From the NCBI GenBank assembly GCA_964016885.1, contig OZ024743.1, forward strand, positions 45,818,001 to 45,882,000: 64,000 nucleotides of DNA. Direction: 5' to 3'. The first letter of the stretch is position 1, and every line of letters starts with the position of its first letter. The DNA comes from Eledone cirrhosa. Taxonomy: Eukaryota. Shown here piece by piece: positions 12,410-23,132 of this stretch. The notes under the pieces are model-generated. The model searched no databases. It had not been told where the DNA came from and saw only the letters and a program-made list of their open reading frames with translations. Position numbers and translations under genes: made by a program.

Positions 12410-12481
12410 ATCGTGTTTGTGTTTGTGTGTGTGGTGTGTATGTGGTGTGTGCGTGTGTATGTGTGTGTCTGTGTGTCTGTG

Positions 12482-12549
<68 letters not shown>

Positions 12550-12770
12550 TGTGTGTCTGTGGTGTGTGTGTGTGTGGTCTGTGTGTGTCTGTGTGAGTCT
12601 GTGTGTGTCTGTGTGTGTCCGTGTGTGTGTGTCTGTATGTGTGTGTCTGTATGTATGTATGTGTGTGTCTGCCTATGTGTGTGTGTGTGTGTCTGTGTGT
12701 CTGTGTGTGTGTCTCTGTGTGTCAGTGTGTGTGTCTGTGTGTGTCTGTGTGTGTGTCTGTCTGTCTGTAT

Positions 12771-12819
<49 letters not shown>

Positions 12820-12900
12820 TGTGTGTGTTGGTCTGTGTGTGTGTCTGTGTCTGTGTGTGTGTGTGTGTGTCTGTGTCTGTGTGTGTGTCTGTTTGTCACT
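12410..12900. repeat. Degenerate (TG)n/(TCTG)n microsatellite
   Basis: Visible simple repeat. The ORFs overlapping it are artefacts. Confidence 0.95.
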
Positions 12901-13130
12901 GTCGTAGTTTATATCCTAACTTCTGAAATGTTCAAAATATATTGTCTTCCTGTCTTTCAACCTCCGCCTCCTCCTCCCTCCTCCCCCTCCTCCTCCTCCT
13001 ATGGTAAACACTAGGAGACAATGTTGCTGCTTCTGTTGTTAGTGTTCATGTCATACTCATCATATTAACGGTGCTATGTTTTACCATATACGTGTGTGTC
13101 TGCCTGTTTATATATATATATGTGTGTGGG

Positions 13131-13183
<53 letters not shown>

Positions 13184-13296
13184 GGGGGGGGGGGTGTATA
13201 GATATATGTATGTGTGTTTGTAGATACATATTATGTGGGGTGTGTATAGATATATATAGATATATGTATTTGTATATATATATATATATATATATA

Positions 13297-13900
13297 TCAG
13301 GTCACCAGTTGGTGCTACTGGTAACATGTATCCCAGTACAACCTGTCCCATGGTCGGGTCGTTGGCGACTAAACTAGCAACCCCACCAAGGTTTCTTGGT
13401 GAGGAGGGTGACTTTGGACATCCTGCAGGACTAAAAACAAAACCTGTCAAAGGGCAAAGGAGCTCTTAAGAGTCAATGGCCATCCAAAATCACTGGGAGA
13501 GATGACCCCTTAGCCTTTGTCAAGGCAGAATTCTAGGAGAAGGAAAACTCTGATATAACACCTGCAACCCTGATGGTATCCAATGATGTTGACTTGTTCT
13601 TCTTTTTGGTAAATATCATCTTGGTTAAGAGAGTGGGACTGGCTTTGTGCAGTGCCTTTGCTCCCTATAAAAGCTTCACAGCACAGGCATTGCTTTATAT
13701 CTGGAGATCTCTCTGCACTTGTCGTCACATGGTACCATGGGCCCAGCACTATGTGTCAATAATTGTCACAAGTGTAGTGTTTGTACCAGAGTTTTCAAGT
13801 CGCTGGCTGGACTAAAAAGTCACACACGTTCAGCACATCGTTAGGGGTTCTACATGGATATAAAGTAGTGGCCGTACTCGAAAACGAGTTGGCAGCCACC
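13297..13900 (+). mobile_element. Bipartite non-autonomous RTE-type element (~600 bp), copy 1
   Basis: The 5' part carries an RTE-like leader (ctaggagaaggaaaactctga). The 3' part encodes a C2H2-like C-terminus, CSVCTRVFKSLAGLKSHTRSAHR* (13773-13844). It sits in (TA)n. Near-identical copy at 44211. Confidence 0.7.
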
Positions 13901-13936
<36 letters not shown>

Positions 13937-14070
13937 ATGTGTCTCTGTGTGTTTATATATATATATATGTGTGTGTGTGTGGGTGTGGGTGTGGGTGGGT
14001 GTGTGTGTGAGTGTGTGTTTGTATATATATATTATGTGTAGAATGTATATATATATATGTGTGTGTTGTG

Positions 14071-14103
<33 letters not shown>

Positions 14104-14140
14104 GGCACACACATATATATAAACAGGCAGACATACAAAC

Positions 14141-14182
<42 letters not shown>

Positions 14183-15059
14183 GTTGTATGTAGATATATA
14201 CATGTGTGTGTTTGTATATATAAATGTGTGTGTTTGCATATATATATACATATAGATTTGTTAAAACATATGCATACAAACATATATGCACACATATATA
14301 TATGTAGATGTGTGAATGAGCATACTTACATACATATAATGTATTTTCGTATTCAAATACAAATATACATATATCCTTACATACATAATGAATATTTTGT
14401 CATACATTATTTGATTCTTTGCATTCCTGAAAGATAAAGAAATAGGGAAACAGAATGTTACGTTTCAAAGACATAGATCTGACATCTGCCCATTCCGTTT
14501 ATTTTCTATTTTCCTACCAAAGAAAGAAGTTAATTCTCTGTGTCGTATAGCTTTTATGTAACCAGACAAGTACGACAAACTTGGAAACTTTGATATGTAT
14601 ACATACATGTATAATTATACATTTAGTTTAGTTTGGAAATGATTTCTCCTCCCACCCCCCTCGCATACACTACTATTTATTTCTATCTATTTCGCTATTT
14701 TTTTTTTTTTTTTCATCTTCGTTTTGCTATCGTGCTATTGTAATCTGTTCTTTATCTGTAAACTTTTGTGTCACAACTAGCAGAAATAGCGATCTCTGGG
14801 CGCTGTTCACACTAATCAATGTATACATACGTACAAAAAGAGAAAATGAAATTTTTCACCTGCGAAAGATACGAATGAATATGCACCAAAATATTTGATT
14901 TTGAAGGATTTGTTTTTCAATTCAATTCAACAATGTTTATTCTCTACAGGACAGACAAATATACACAGACACCGTGTGTTTTATGTATATATCAGAACTG
15001 TCAACTCTCCCCGTCCGGCGGGGAGATTTGCAATAGCCTTTGGGTCGGGAGAGAGAAGT

Positions 15060-15190
15060 CTTTATTTTATCGACCCCGTATGGATGAAAGGCAAAGTTAA
15101 CCTCGGCGGGATTTGAACTCAGACCATAAAGGGCCGTAACTTTTTGCTGCAAAGCATAGCGTCCGACCATCTACCGATACTGCCAAGTAT
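15060..15190 (-). mobile_element. tRNA-derived SINE family 1 fragment
   Basis: Reverse complement of gagttcaaatcccgccgagg...tttgcctttcatcc...ggggtcgataaaataa (B-box plus Deu/Nin-like core). Confidence 0.75.
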
Positions 15191-15426
15191 TTAGCTTAGG
15201 AGTGATTTGTCCCACACACTGCTACACGTTCCTTTCTATTTATCATTTTGCCGTCTTCTTTTTATTGATGTACCACTTTAATCTTTTCTTTAGAAACCTT
15301 TATATCACAAGCTGAAACCGGAGAATTGAGTCGTCTCGAACTGTTATCAACGTTGCTTTTCACCCCTCGAGAGGAATAAATATATAGCATTACTATAGTC
15401 GGTCCTTCCTCAATTATACCTTTCAC

Positions 15427-15706
15427 AGGGCGCGTGGCTTTGTGTTTGGGGTATTCGGCTCATGATCGATTCCCAGCGGCGCATCGTGTCCTTGAGCAAA
15501 ACACTTTATTTCACGTTGCTCCAGTCCACTGCTGACAAAAATTAGTTCTAACTGTAATTTGAAGGGCCATCCTTGTCACACTGTGTCATGCTGAATCTTC
15601 CGCAGAACTATGTGGAAATACTCAGCCACTTACACGTTAATTCCACGAGCAGGCTGTTCTGTTGATCGACTGGGACACTCGTCGTCGTAACCGACGGAGT
15701 ACCAGT
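15427..15706 (+). mobile_element. tRNA-derived SINE family 2
   Basis: A-box ggcgcgtggc, B-box-like tcgattccc, and body gtgtccttgagcaaaacactttatttcacgttgctcc shared with the copies at 18256 and 51230. Confidence 0.75.
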
Positions 15707-15805
15707 CAGTCTTATCTTTACTTTCATCATTTTCTTCTTTTTCTTTCTTCTTATTCTTCCTCTTATTATTATTTTTCTTCTTCTTCATCTTCTTCTTCTT
15801 CTTCT

Positions 15806-15836
<31 letters not shown>

Positions 15837-15904
15837 AAGAAGAAGAAGAAGAAGAAAATATTTTTCTTATAATGCCGATCTACTAATTTTTAAAGATTTC
15901 AATT

Positions 15905-16365
15905 ATTAGAATGCGGCCATGCTAGAGCACCGCCTATATTTATTCGATCATATCGACCCCAGTAATTTATTTCTTAAGCTGTGTAATTATTTTATCAAAT
16001 TCGTTTTTCTCAAACCACTGAATTACAGGACATAAACACAGGCTCAGAGACAAACGTATACTTAGATCTTGGTTACGGTGTTTACTTCGCAACATTATGA
16101 TCTCCGGTTTAATCCTAATCCGCGGCAAATGACTTTTGTCAATCATGGCCTTTAGGTGATCGATCTTTTCTGAATGAAATTTTAAAAACCTTTTTTTTTT
16201 TACATTGTACCGCTTTAATTTCCATCTACCAAATTTCGTTCGTAAGACAGTCAATCTGCGGTAGAGTGAAATATACTTGCCCAAGGTGTCACAAAGCTGA
16301 ACTAAAGCTGAAATACGTGATCTTAATGCAAATTATTTAACCACATAACCATGTCTGCGCCTATA
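15905..16365 (-). mobile_element. Degenerate tRNA-derived SINE (third family), interrupted by a ~200-bp insert
   Basis: The minus strand has a gtggttaa...ccttgggcaagt head and body. A related fragment lies at 28930-29050. Confidence 0.45.
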
Positions 16366-16719
16366 CTAAACTTTTGTATCATAAGTACATAACTTTTGTT
16401 TCAAGTTAGAAATGCAACAGACATACTTTAATGGTTTCCAGTTCAATCCATTCCACTCCACGGTAACTTAGGTGAACTTCTTCTAGCATAGCCTTCGTGT
16501 TGATCAATAATTTGTGTAAAATGTGATAAACGTAATCTGTGTATAAGCCTTGATGTAGTAGACTTAATTCTGCATTCGGTTGGTTTAGCTCCCCAACCTG
16601 GCACATTGGTATGCCGTAGAGAAGAGTTCACTCTGTTACCAGCATTCAGGTGAGGTCTTCGGTAAGAGGTTACCTTCTTCACTTCTTCCTTTCCTCCAAC
16701 CAGTCCTGGATTCCTTGAA

Positions 16720-17430
16720 TAGAGCTGAGGATTATCAGAATCGTTAGAGAGTCGGAGAAAATGTTTTGTGACATTTAGTTACAACACTTTGCGTTTTGAG
16801 TCCAAAACTCGCCGAGGTTACTTTTGTCTTTTACTCTTCCAGGGTCAATAAAATAAAGTAGCTGTCAATGCGGTGGATTGGCAGAGTCGTTAAGACGTCG
16901 GATAGAATGCTTTATGGTATTCGTCCCACCTCATTGCTCATTCTGAGTTCAAATCCTACCGTGGTCGACTTTGCCTTTCATCCTTTCGAGGTCGATAAAA
17001 ACGTACCAGTCCAGTACTGGGGTCGGTTCTTCCTCTATAGAAAAAAATTGACTGTGTTCAGACCTGGAGAGGGTTGGGCTCCGCAGGTTTAAAACTGCCC
17101 TAGACACACCGTATGACAGTGCTTCTACAGCTCCGCAAGGAGTTATGGGATCTTTATCCTTATTCAAGTACTGGGGGTCGATTTAATTGACTTAACCTTC
17201 TAAAAAAGATTTGCTGGTCTTGTGCCTATGTTAGTAATAATTATTGGTGGATTGGCAGTATCGGTAGAAAGTCGGACGCCATGCTTTCCAGCATAGTTAC
17301 GTCCCTTTACGGTCTGAGTTCAAATCCCGCCGAGGTTTACTTTGCCTTTCATCCTTACGGGGTCTATAAAATAGAGTACCAGTAATGTACTGAGTAATTG
17401 CTGGCCTTGTGCCAAAAGTAGAAACAATTA
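16720..17430 (+). mobile_element. Tandem cluster of three family-1 SINEs (the middle copy is interrupted at ~17030-17165)
   Basis: Three repeats of ggattggcag...gagttcaaa...tttgcctttcatcc...gtcgataaa. Confidence 0.8.
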
Positions 17431-18255
17431 TTATACATTTGGTGAATAGGAAGCAGACATATATTTGCATTTTATACACATATATGATACAGAAAAGTCT
17501 GATAATGTCACTCATATAATTGTATAAATGAACGATAACGCAACTTTTGTAAAAGAAAAAAAAATTAAAAAAGAAAAAATATTATCATCTAGAAATTTTT
17601 TACAAACACGTGTAGCAGAATTTTTTATTTTTTTTTATTTTAACAATTTTATCAAATATCATATCCAGATGGTTTATTAATTTAAAATATATTTTGATAA
17701 TTATTTCAAGTTGACGAGATGAATGAATCATGGCAGCAGAAATAGAAGAAAATACAAATCTAGTTATTCATCATTACATTATATGTAAAGCTCCGATCAG
17801 ATTCGATAATTGTACAAAGGTTTGTAAACATTGAAATACTTGTTTCTCATAATTACTTTCCACAATAGAGCTTCCGGTTATTTACATTTCTTACATTTAA
17901 TCAATGTCTGGAAATACTTGACAAAGTCTCTCTGAAAAAGATGTTCTAGCGTTTACGTTTTACTATTAATGTTTAGTGTTTTTTGTTTGTTGTTGTTGTT
18001 TTATGGTGTGTTTTTAGTTTTGTTTTGTTTTTTGTATCTTGTTTTATTTTTGTTTTCTTTATTATTTTTGTGCTTTTTATTTTGTTATTTGTTTTTTGTT
18101 TTTTTTGTTTTTTTTGTTTTTTTTTGTTGTTTTTTTTTGTTTTTTTGTTTTTTGTACATCAATACCAACGTCTGCCTCTATATAAAGTTTCTTTCATAAA
18201 AACACTGTATATGATTGATAAATGGTATTGAATAGCTAAGTTCTGTACCATATAA

Positions 18256-18560
18256 TAGTGAAGATGTGTTGCCTACTGATTAGGGTGCTAAGCTCACGAA
18301 CATATGCTCGTGAATTCGATTCCCGGACCGAGAAGTACGTCAAATCCTTGAGCAAGACACTTTATTTCATATTACTCCAATCCACTCAGCTGGAAAAAAA
18401 AACTACTACCAGCAGCGAGGAAAATCCTTGTTGTGGACTGGCTTCCTTTGCAAATTTTAGAGACTGACAATCTTCCACAAATCACATTGCTATATCTTGT
18501 ACCTCGAGGAGAAACTTTCCAGGGTAAATTCATGGTCACTCGTGATCGAAAGGAGCCGAT
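18256..18560 (+). mobile_element. tRNA-derived SINE family 2
   Basis: gaattcgattcccggac...tccttgagcaagacactttatttc. Confidence 0.65.
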
Positions 18561-18884
18561 ATAATAAGTTTTGTTGATCGACTACTATTGGCAATATATA
18601 ACTCTTAGGAATATATAACTCTTAAGGGACATATATAGAAATATAGCAATTTTTTAATCCTTTAGTCAGTGGAGATAAGGATAAGACTTGTGATATTTGC
18701 AGTGTCTTAGTGAAGGGTGATGGGGAAGAAGAGAGAAAGAAACTACTCAATACAGTTAGAGTAGATTGATATTTGTTCAAAGCTAAGTGTGCATGTGTCG
18801 TTACTGACTGTTCATATGATACATGGAGCTAGACTGAGTCTAGCTAGATGCTGTTGCTTAGATCCAAGAGCCTTGTTTCAGGGG

Positions 18885-19480
18885 GGTCTGAGTTCATATT
18901 TCGCCGAGGTTATCTTTGCCTTTCATCCTTACGAAGTCGATAAAATAAAGTACCAGTAATGCACTGGGGTCGATTTAATCGACTTTCCCTCCCCCAAAAT
19001 GGTTGGCTTGTGCGTAAATCATAAACCATTATTATGAGGACGGTGGATTGGAAGTATCGGTAGGGCATCGGACAACATGCTTTGCGGCTTATAGTTATGG
19101 CCCTTGACGTTTTGTATTCAAATCCCACCGAGGGTTGCTTTGCCTTTCATGCTTATGATGTAGATAATATAAAGTACCAGTAATGCAGTAGGGTCGATTT
19201 AATCGACTTTCCCCTCCCCAACAATTGTTGGCCTTGTGCCTAAATGAGAAGCAATTATTATTAGGGTGATGAACTGGCAGTTTTGGTAGTGTGTCGGACA
19301 GCATATTTTGTTGCATATAGTTACGACCCTTTCTGTTCTGAGTTCAAATCCCACCAAAGTTAGCTTTACCTTCCATCCTTACAGGGTCGATAACATAAAA
19401 TACCACTAACGCACTTGTTTCCATAGAATCGACTTTCCCCTTCCCTTCAAATTGTTGGCCTTGAGCCAAATGTAAAAACA
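18885..19480 (+). mobile_element. Head-to-tail trimer of family-1 SINEs
   Basis: Three ~220-bp units ending aatcgactttccc...ttggccttgtgcc. Confidence 0.8.
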
Positions 19481-20083
19481 TGTGTTATAACACACCAACA
19501 ATGGACTACACATGTATTTCTCTCCTCTTTGTGTAGTTTCCTTTATATATATATATGAAAATGTTTAACCCCGACGGCAGAGCTCAAGCAGTTTAGACGG
19601 CTATTTCTGGACTCGTCGAAACGGCTTGAGCTCTGCCGTCAGGGTTAAACATTTTCCTATATATATATATATATATATAACGAAGGAAGTGTGGTACGGG
19701 ACCAGTTGGACTATAACGCACCAGAGTACTAATACTTATGGTAGTAGAGTGGGTAATAGGAAAATGTTTAACCCCGACGGCAGAGCTCAAGCCGTTTCGA
19801 CGAGTCCAGAAATAGCCGTCGAAACGGCTTGAACTCTGCCGTCGGGGTTAAACATTTTCATATATATATATATATATAAAGGAAACTACACAAAGAGGAG
19901 AGAAATACATGTGTAGTCCATTGTTGCTGTGTTATAACACATGTTTTTACATTAGGCACAAGGCCAACAATTTGAAGGGAAGGGGAAAGTCGATTATATG
20001 GAAACAAGTGCGTTAGTGGTATTTTATGTTATCGACCCTGTAAGGATGGAAGGTAAAGCTAACTCTGGTGGGATTTGAACTCA
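19339..20083. repeat. Nested fold-back: ~320-bp inverted arms, each containing a ~100-bp palindrome
   Basis: 19339-19660 is the reverse complement of 19756-20083. Inner palindromes lie at 19557-19656 and 19761-19860. Confidence 0.92.
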
Positions 20084-20957
20084 TTATATATATATAATGT
20101 TAATGGCTGCTACTATGGATCGCTCTAGTACTATTCTCATTAACATGTTTATTGGATAAACATACTGTTCGTCCCTTATCAATTAAGTAATATAAACGTA
20201 TTCTACGCTTTGTTTAGAACATTCAGCAGAAACAACCTAGGAATATCATTATTATATGGAATTTAAAGACAGAAACTAAAAATTCATAGATCCATAAACA
20301 GCCATTGTGTGAGATTCGTTATAAAGTATCCGCTTAACGGAAATCTATTTAGATCTGTCATAATATTTTCAATCATAAGAGGAACTGCTCCATTTTAAAT
20401 CAATGAGAACATGAAAATATTGTGAATATGATTATCTATGCCACTGGTAATTTGTGAAAGAGCCAAAGAAAAAATTACTTTTGTCCACGATATAGTCACG
20501 TTATAAAATCGAACTGGTGGTACCCTTCAGTAACGTGAATGATTAAACGAAAACAGGAAAACTATTCATTCTGTTACGATTATTTTTCATATCAAATTCC
20601 TGTAAGCCGGGTAATCCATTTTATATGTTTCTTGTTGTTTCGACAGGATGTTTATAGCTAGCGACCAGATATTATAAACTAACAGGACTGGATGCCGGAA
20701 TGGCTAAGAGTTTAAGGTTCGCTTCACAAGCTTCTCCGGTTTGGTACACATTTTATAAGGGTTTTAGGTCATCAAATCTCGATATACTGTTTACGTATCA
20801 TATATAATGTGTTGGCGAATATTTTTGCCAATATACTGACAGTGGTTTCCCTACTTCGGTGATTTTGATAATCAGTAAGGCGAAACCCATGGTTGTGATT
20901 CAAGAGTCTTCGGTGCCTAATAATATATACACTCACTATTTGATTGAATATGTGCTT

Positions 20958-20990
<33 letters not shown>

Positions 20991-21134
20991 ATGTGTATAT
21001 ATATATGTATATATATATACACATACACATATATGTATGTATATATATATATATAGATATATGTGTGTGTGTGTGTGTATAAACAAGAAGTGTAAGTCAA
21101 CAGGTAAAAATTAGCTTCGTTTATTCATATTCGC

Positions 21135-21189
21135 TGCTATATATATTTCAGTGATAGCCATTATGCAACAGCTATGACCTCATCAGGCA
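21135..21189 (-). ncRNA. Type I hammerhead ribozyme (minimal, PLE-type)
   Basis: UGC-CUGAUGA-GGUCAUAGCU...GGCUAUCACU-GAAA-UAUAUA-UA-GCA. Intact core, long helix II and palindromic helix III. AAUAAA lies downstream. Confidence 0.8.
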
Positions 21190-22269
21190 ATTGGAACTTG
21201 AACAGAAAAAACAGGAAAACATAATGTTGTAATAGATTTTACCTTGTTAATTCGTTGATATATTCATATCCAGAGTGTGGTGCTAGTCCTCTAAGGAACT
21301 GAAAGCATATGAAAGCATATATCAAGGAAATAATAATTTCGAATTTTTTTGATAAAGGTATGTATTCTCTATTATGTGAAGCTGCTTGCACGAGCCACAA
21401 ACACTACTTATCATGCATGTTAAAATCCGTAAACATTGGCTACTCCCGGTAATTAGGTGCTTAGGAATTACAAACAAAGCCTCGTGCAAGGGGGGTAATT
21501 CTGTGATCAGAGAAGTGATATCCATTTTCAAATAGATCCACATTACACCAGTCGGAGCAATATTTACTACTGAGGGTGTGAGAATCGTGGGATATTTATA
21601 CAAATGAAAATGTTTATATAAATATATGATATAGCTGGTAGGAGATGGAATAATTTTATAGGCGTAGGATGGAATATAAACATTTGAGGGCATTTATATG
21701 TGTAAGTATATGTAAGTAATGGAGAATAGGCGCCTTCATCAACATAGTCAATGGAAGACTAGTTCCTTGAAAATCCAGTTAATACTATGTATCAAAATAT
21801 ATAATTTCCGTTATATTTATATATCGAGTACTCATTATTTTTAATATGAAATCCCACGCAAGTAACTATATATGTGTTTTCGTGTGTACATATGCATATA
21901 CGAGTGTTTGCATGTGTTCATATGTATGTATATATGTCTGCGTGGGATTTTCTCGTGTCAAATAAGTATAGGAGAGCATATTAATATGTTATAAGGTGGT
22001 TTCACGTTGGAAGATGTCTGTTTGCAAAATTTTTTATATAAAAATATACGAAAATTAATTTGTTTAATATTATGTTATTCATTAAGTTGTGTTCTTTGCT
22101 AAAGTACTTATTGAAAAACATATATTTAGGAATTCTATTTGTTTGGAAAGTGATATGAGTTTCAGTGAGAATATCTCAGTGACCAGGTCACTAACAGTGC
22201 GATGAAAATGTTAGCACCATGAAATATGGTATAAGGTAAGGAAAGGAACTGATAGTCAGGTCGGACTAA

Positions 22270-22605
22270 GAAAACTGTTTCCATCGGTCTTTACATTGCT
22301 GATACTATCCACCTATTGCATAGTAAATATAAAGTAAACAAAACAGTCAGCTCGAGAGTAGCCCAGAGGAGACTGAAGTTAGCTGGACATGCTCTCCGAC
22401 ATCCAGAGTTGACACTGCTTCCAGTGCTCCTGTGGGAACCCCTGCATAGACACCCTTGAAGAGGAAGACCGAGGTTAACATATGTTGATGCCCTAAGGAC
22501 ATACACTGGTCTGTTGGAGACGCAGGACATGGCAGCGATAATTAGGGACAGAGACCGCTGGAGAGAACTCGTCCATAGATGTCGGGAATTTTACCCGCCC
22601 TAGAC
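22270..22605 (+). mobile_element. RTE-clade LINE 3' fragment
   Basis: Translates RRLKLAGHALRHPE..LLWEP...RGRPRLTYVDAL...RDRDRWRELV, the typical RTE C-terminus. Confidence 0.7.
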
Positions 22606-22884
22606 ATGTGTATTTTGAATGGCTAAAATGTTTCTTCTGCGATGTCATTGTTTGTATTTATATAATAAATCAATACAGATTCCTGAGTTCTTTGTTTCTT
22701 GTGTATGATTGACATATTCATTAGCAGGGAACGATACAACACAAGACATTGACGGCATCAAGCTAATGTCATCACGTTTGCTAATTCTAAACTTCGTGTG
22801 GATAAATTCTTCTAGGATGTAATATTATGAGAAATAGTCGGGAAATTTGAAATCCAATCCAATAGTAGATTTATCAACTAATGT

Positions 22885-23000
22885 GGCAAATTGACAGAAT
22901 CGTTAGAAAGTCGAGTGAATGATTTACGCTATTCACTCTGAGTTTACATCCCGCTGAAGTCTGTCTTTCATCCTTTCGAAGTCGAAAATAAGATAAGAGA
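22885..23000 (+). mobile_element. Degenerate family-1 SINE
   Basis: ctgagttt...ctttcatcctttcgaagtcgaaaa. Further degenerate copies lie at ~23720-23850 and ~25020-25150. Confidence 0.6.
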
Positions 23001-23029
23001 TTCTGATCTGTCTCTATATATATTTTTTT

Positions 23030-23132
<103 letters not shown>

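Noticed and set aside
12324-14437. Long His/Thr-, Cys/Val- and Tyr/Ile-rich ORFs (also at 33-35, 40, 43-45, 54 and 56-60 kb)
   Set aside because: These are translations of (CA)n, (TG)n, (TA)n and (TATG)n microsatellites, not genes.
15427-15500. tRNA genes (A/B-box motifs here and at 17246, 19040 and 51360)
   Set aside because: No complete cloverleaf, and each continues into a shared SINE body.
16406-16682. Possible Gypsy integrase zinc-finger remnant (MLEEVHLSYRGVE)
   Set aside because: Too degenerate: the second His is absent and there are no LTRs or other pol motifs. It needs an HMM search.
19339-20083. Fold-backs as long-read chimera artefacts
   Set aside because: The arms carry multiple substitutions and related families recur at different loci. 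An artefact is unlikely, though not excluded without reads.
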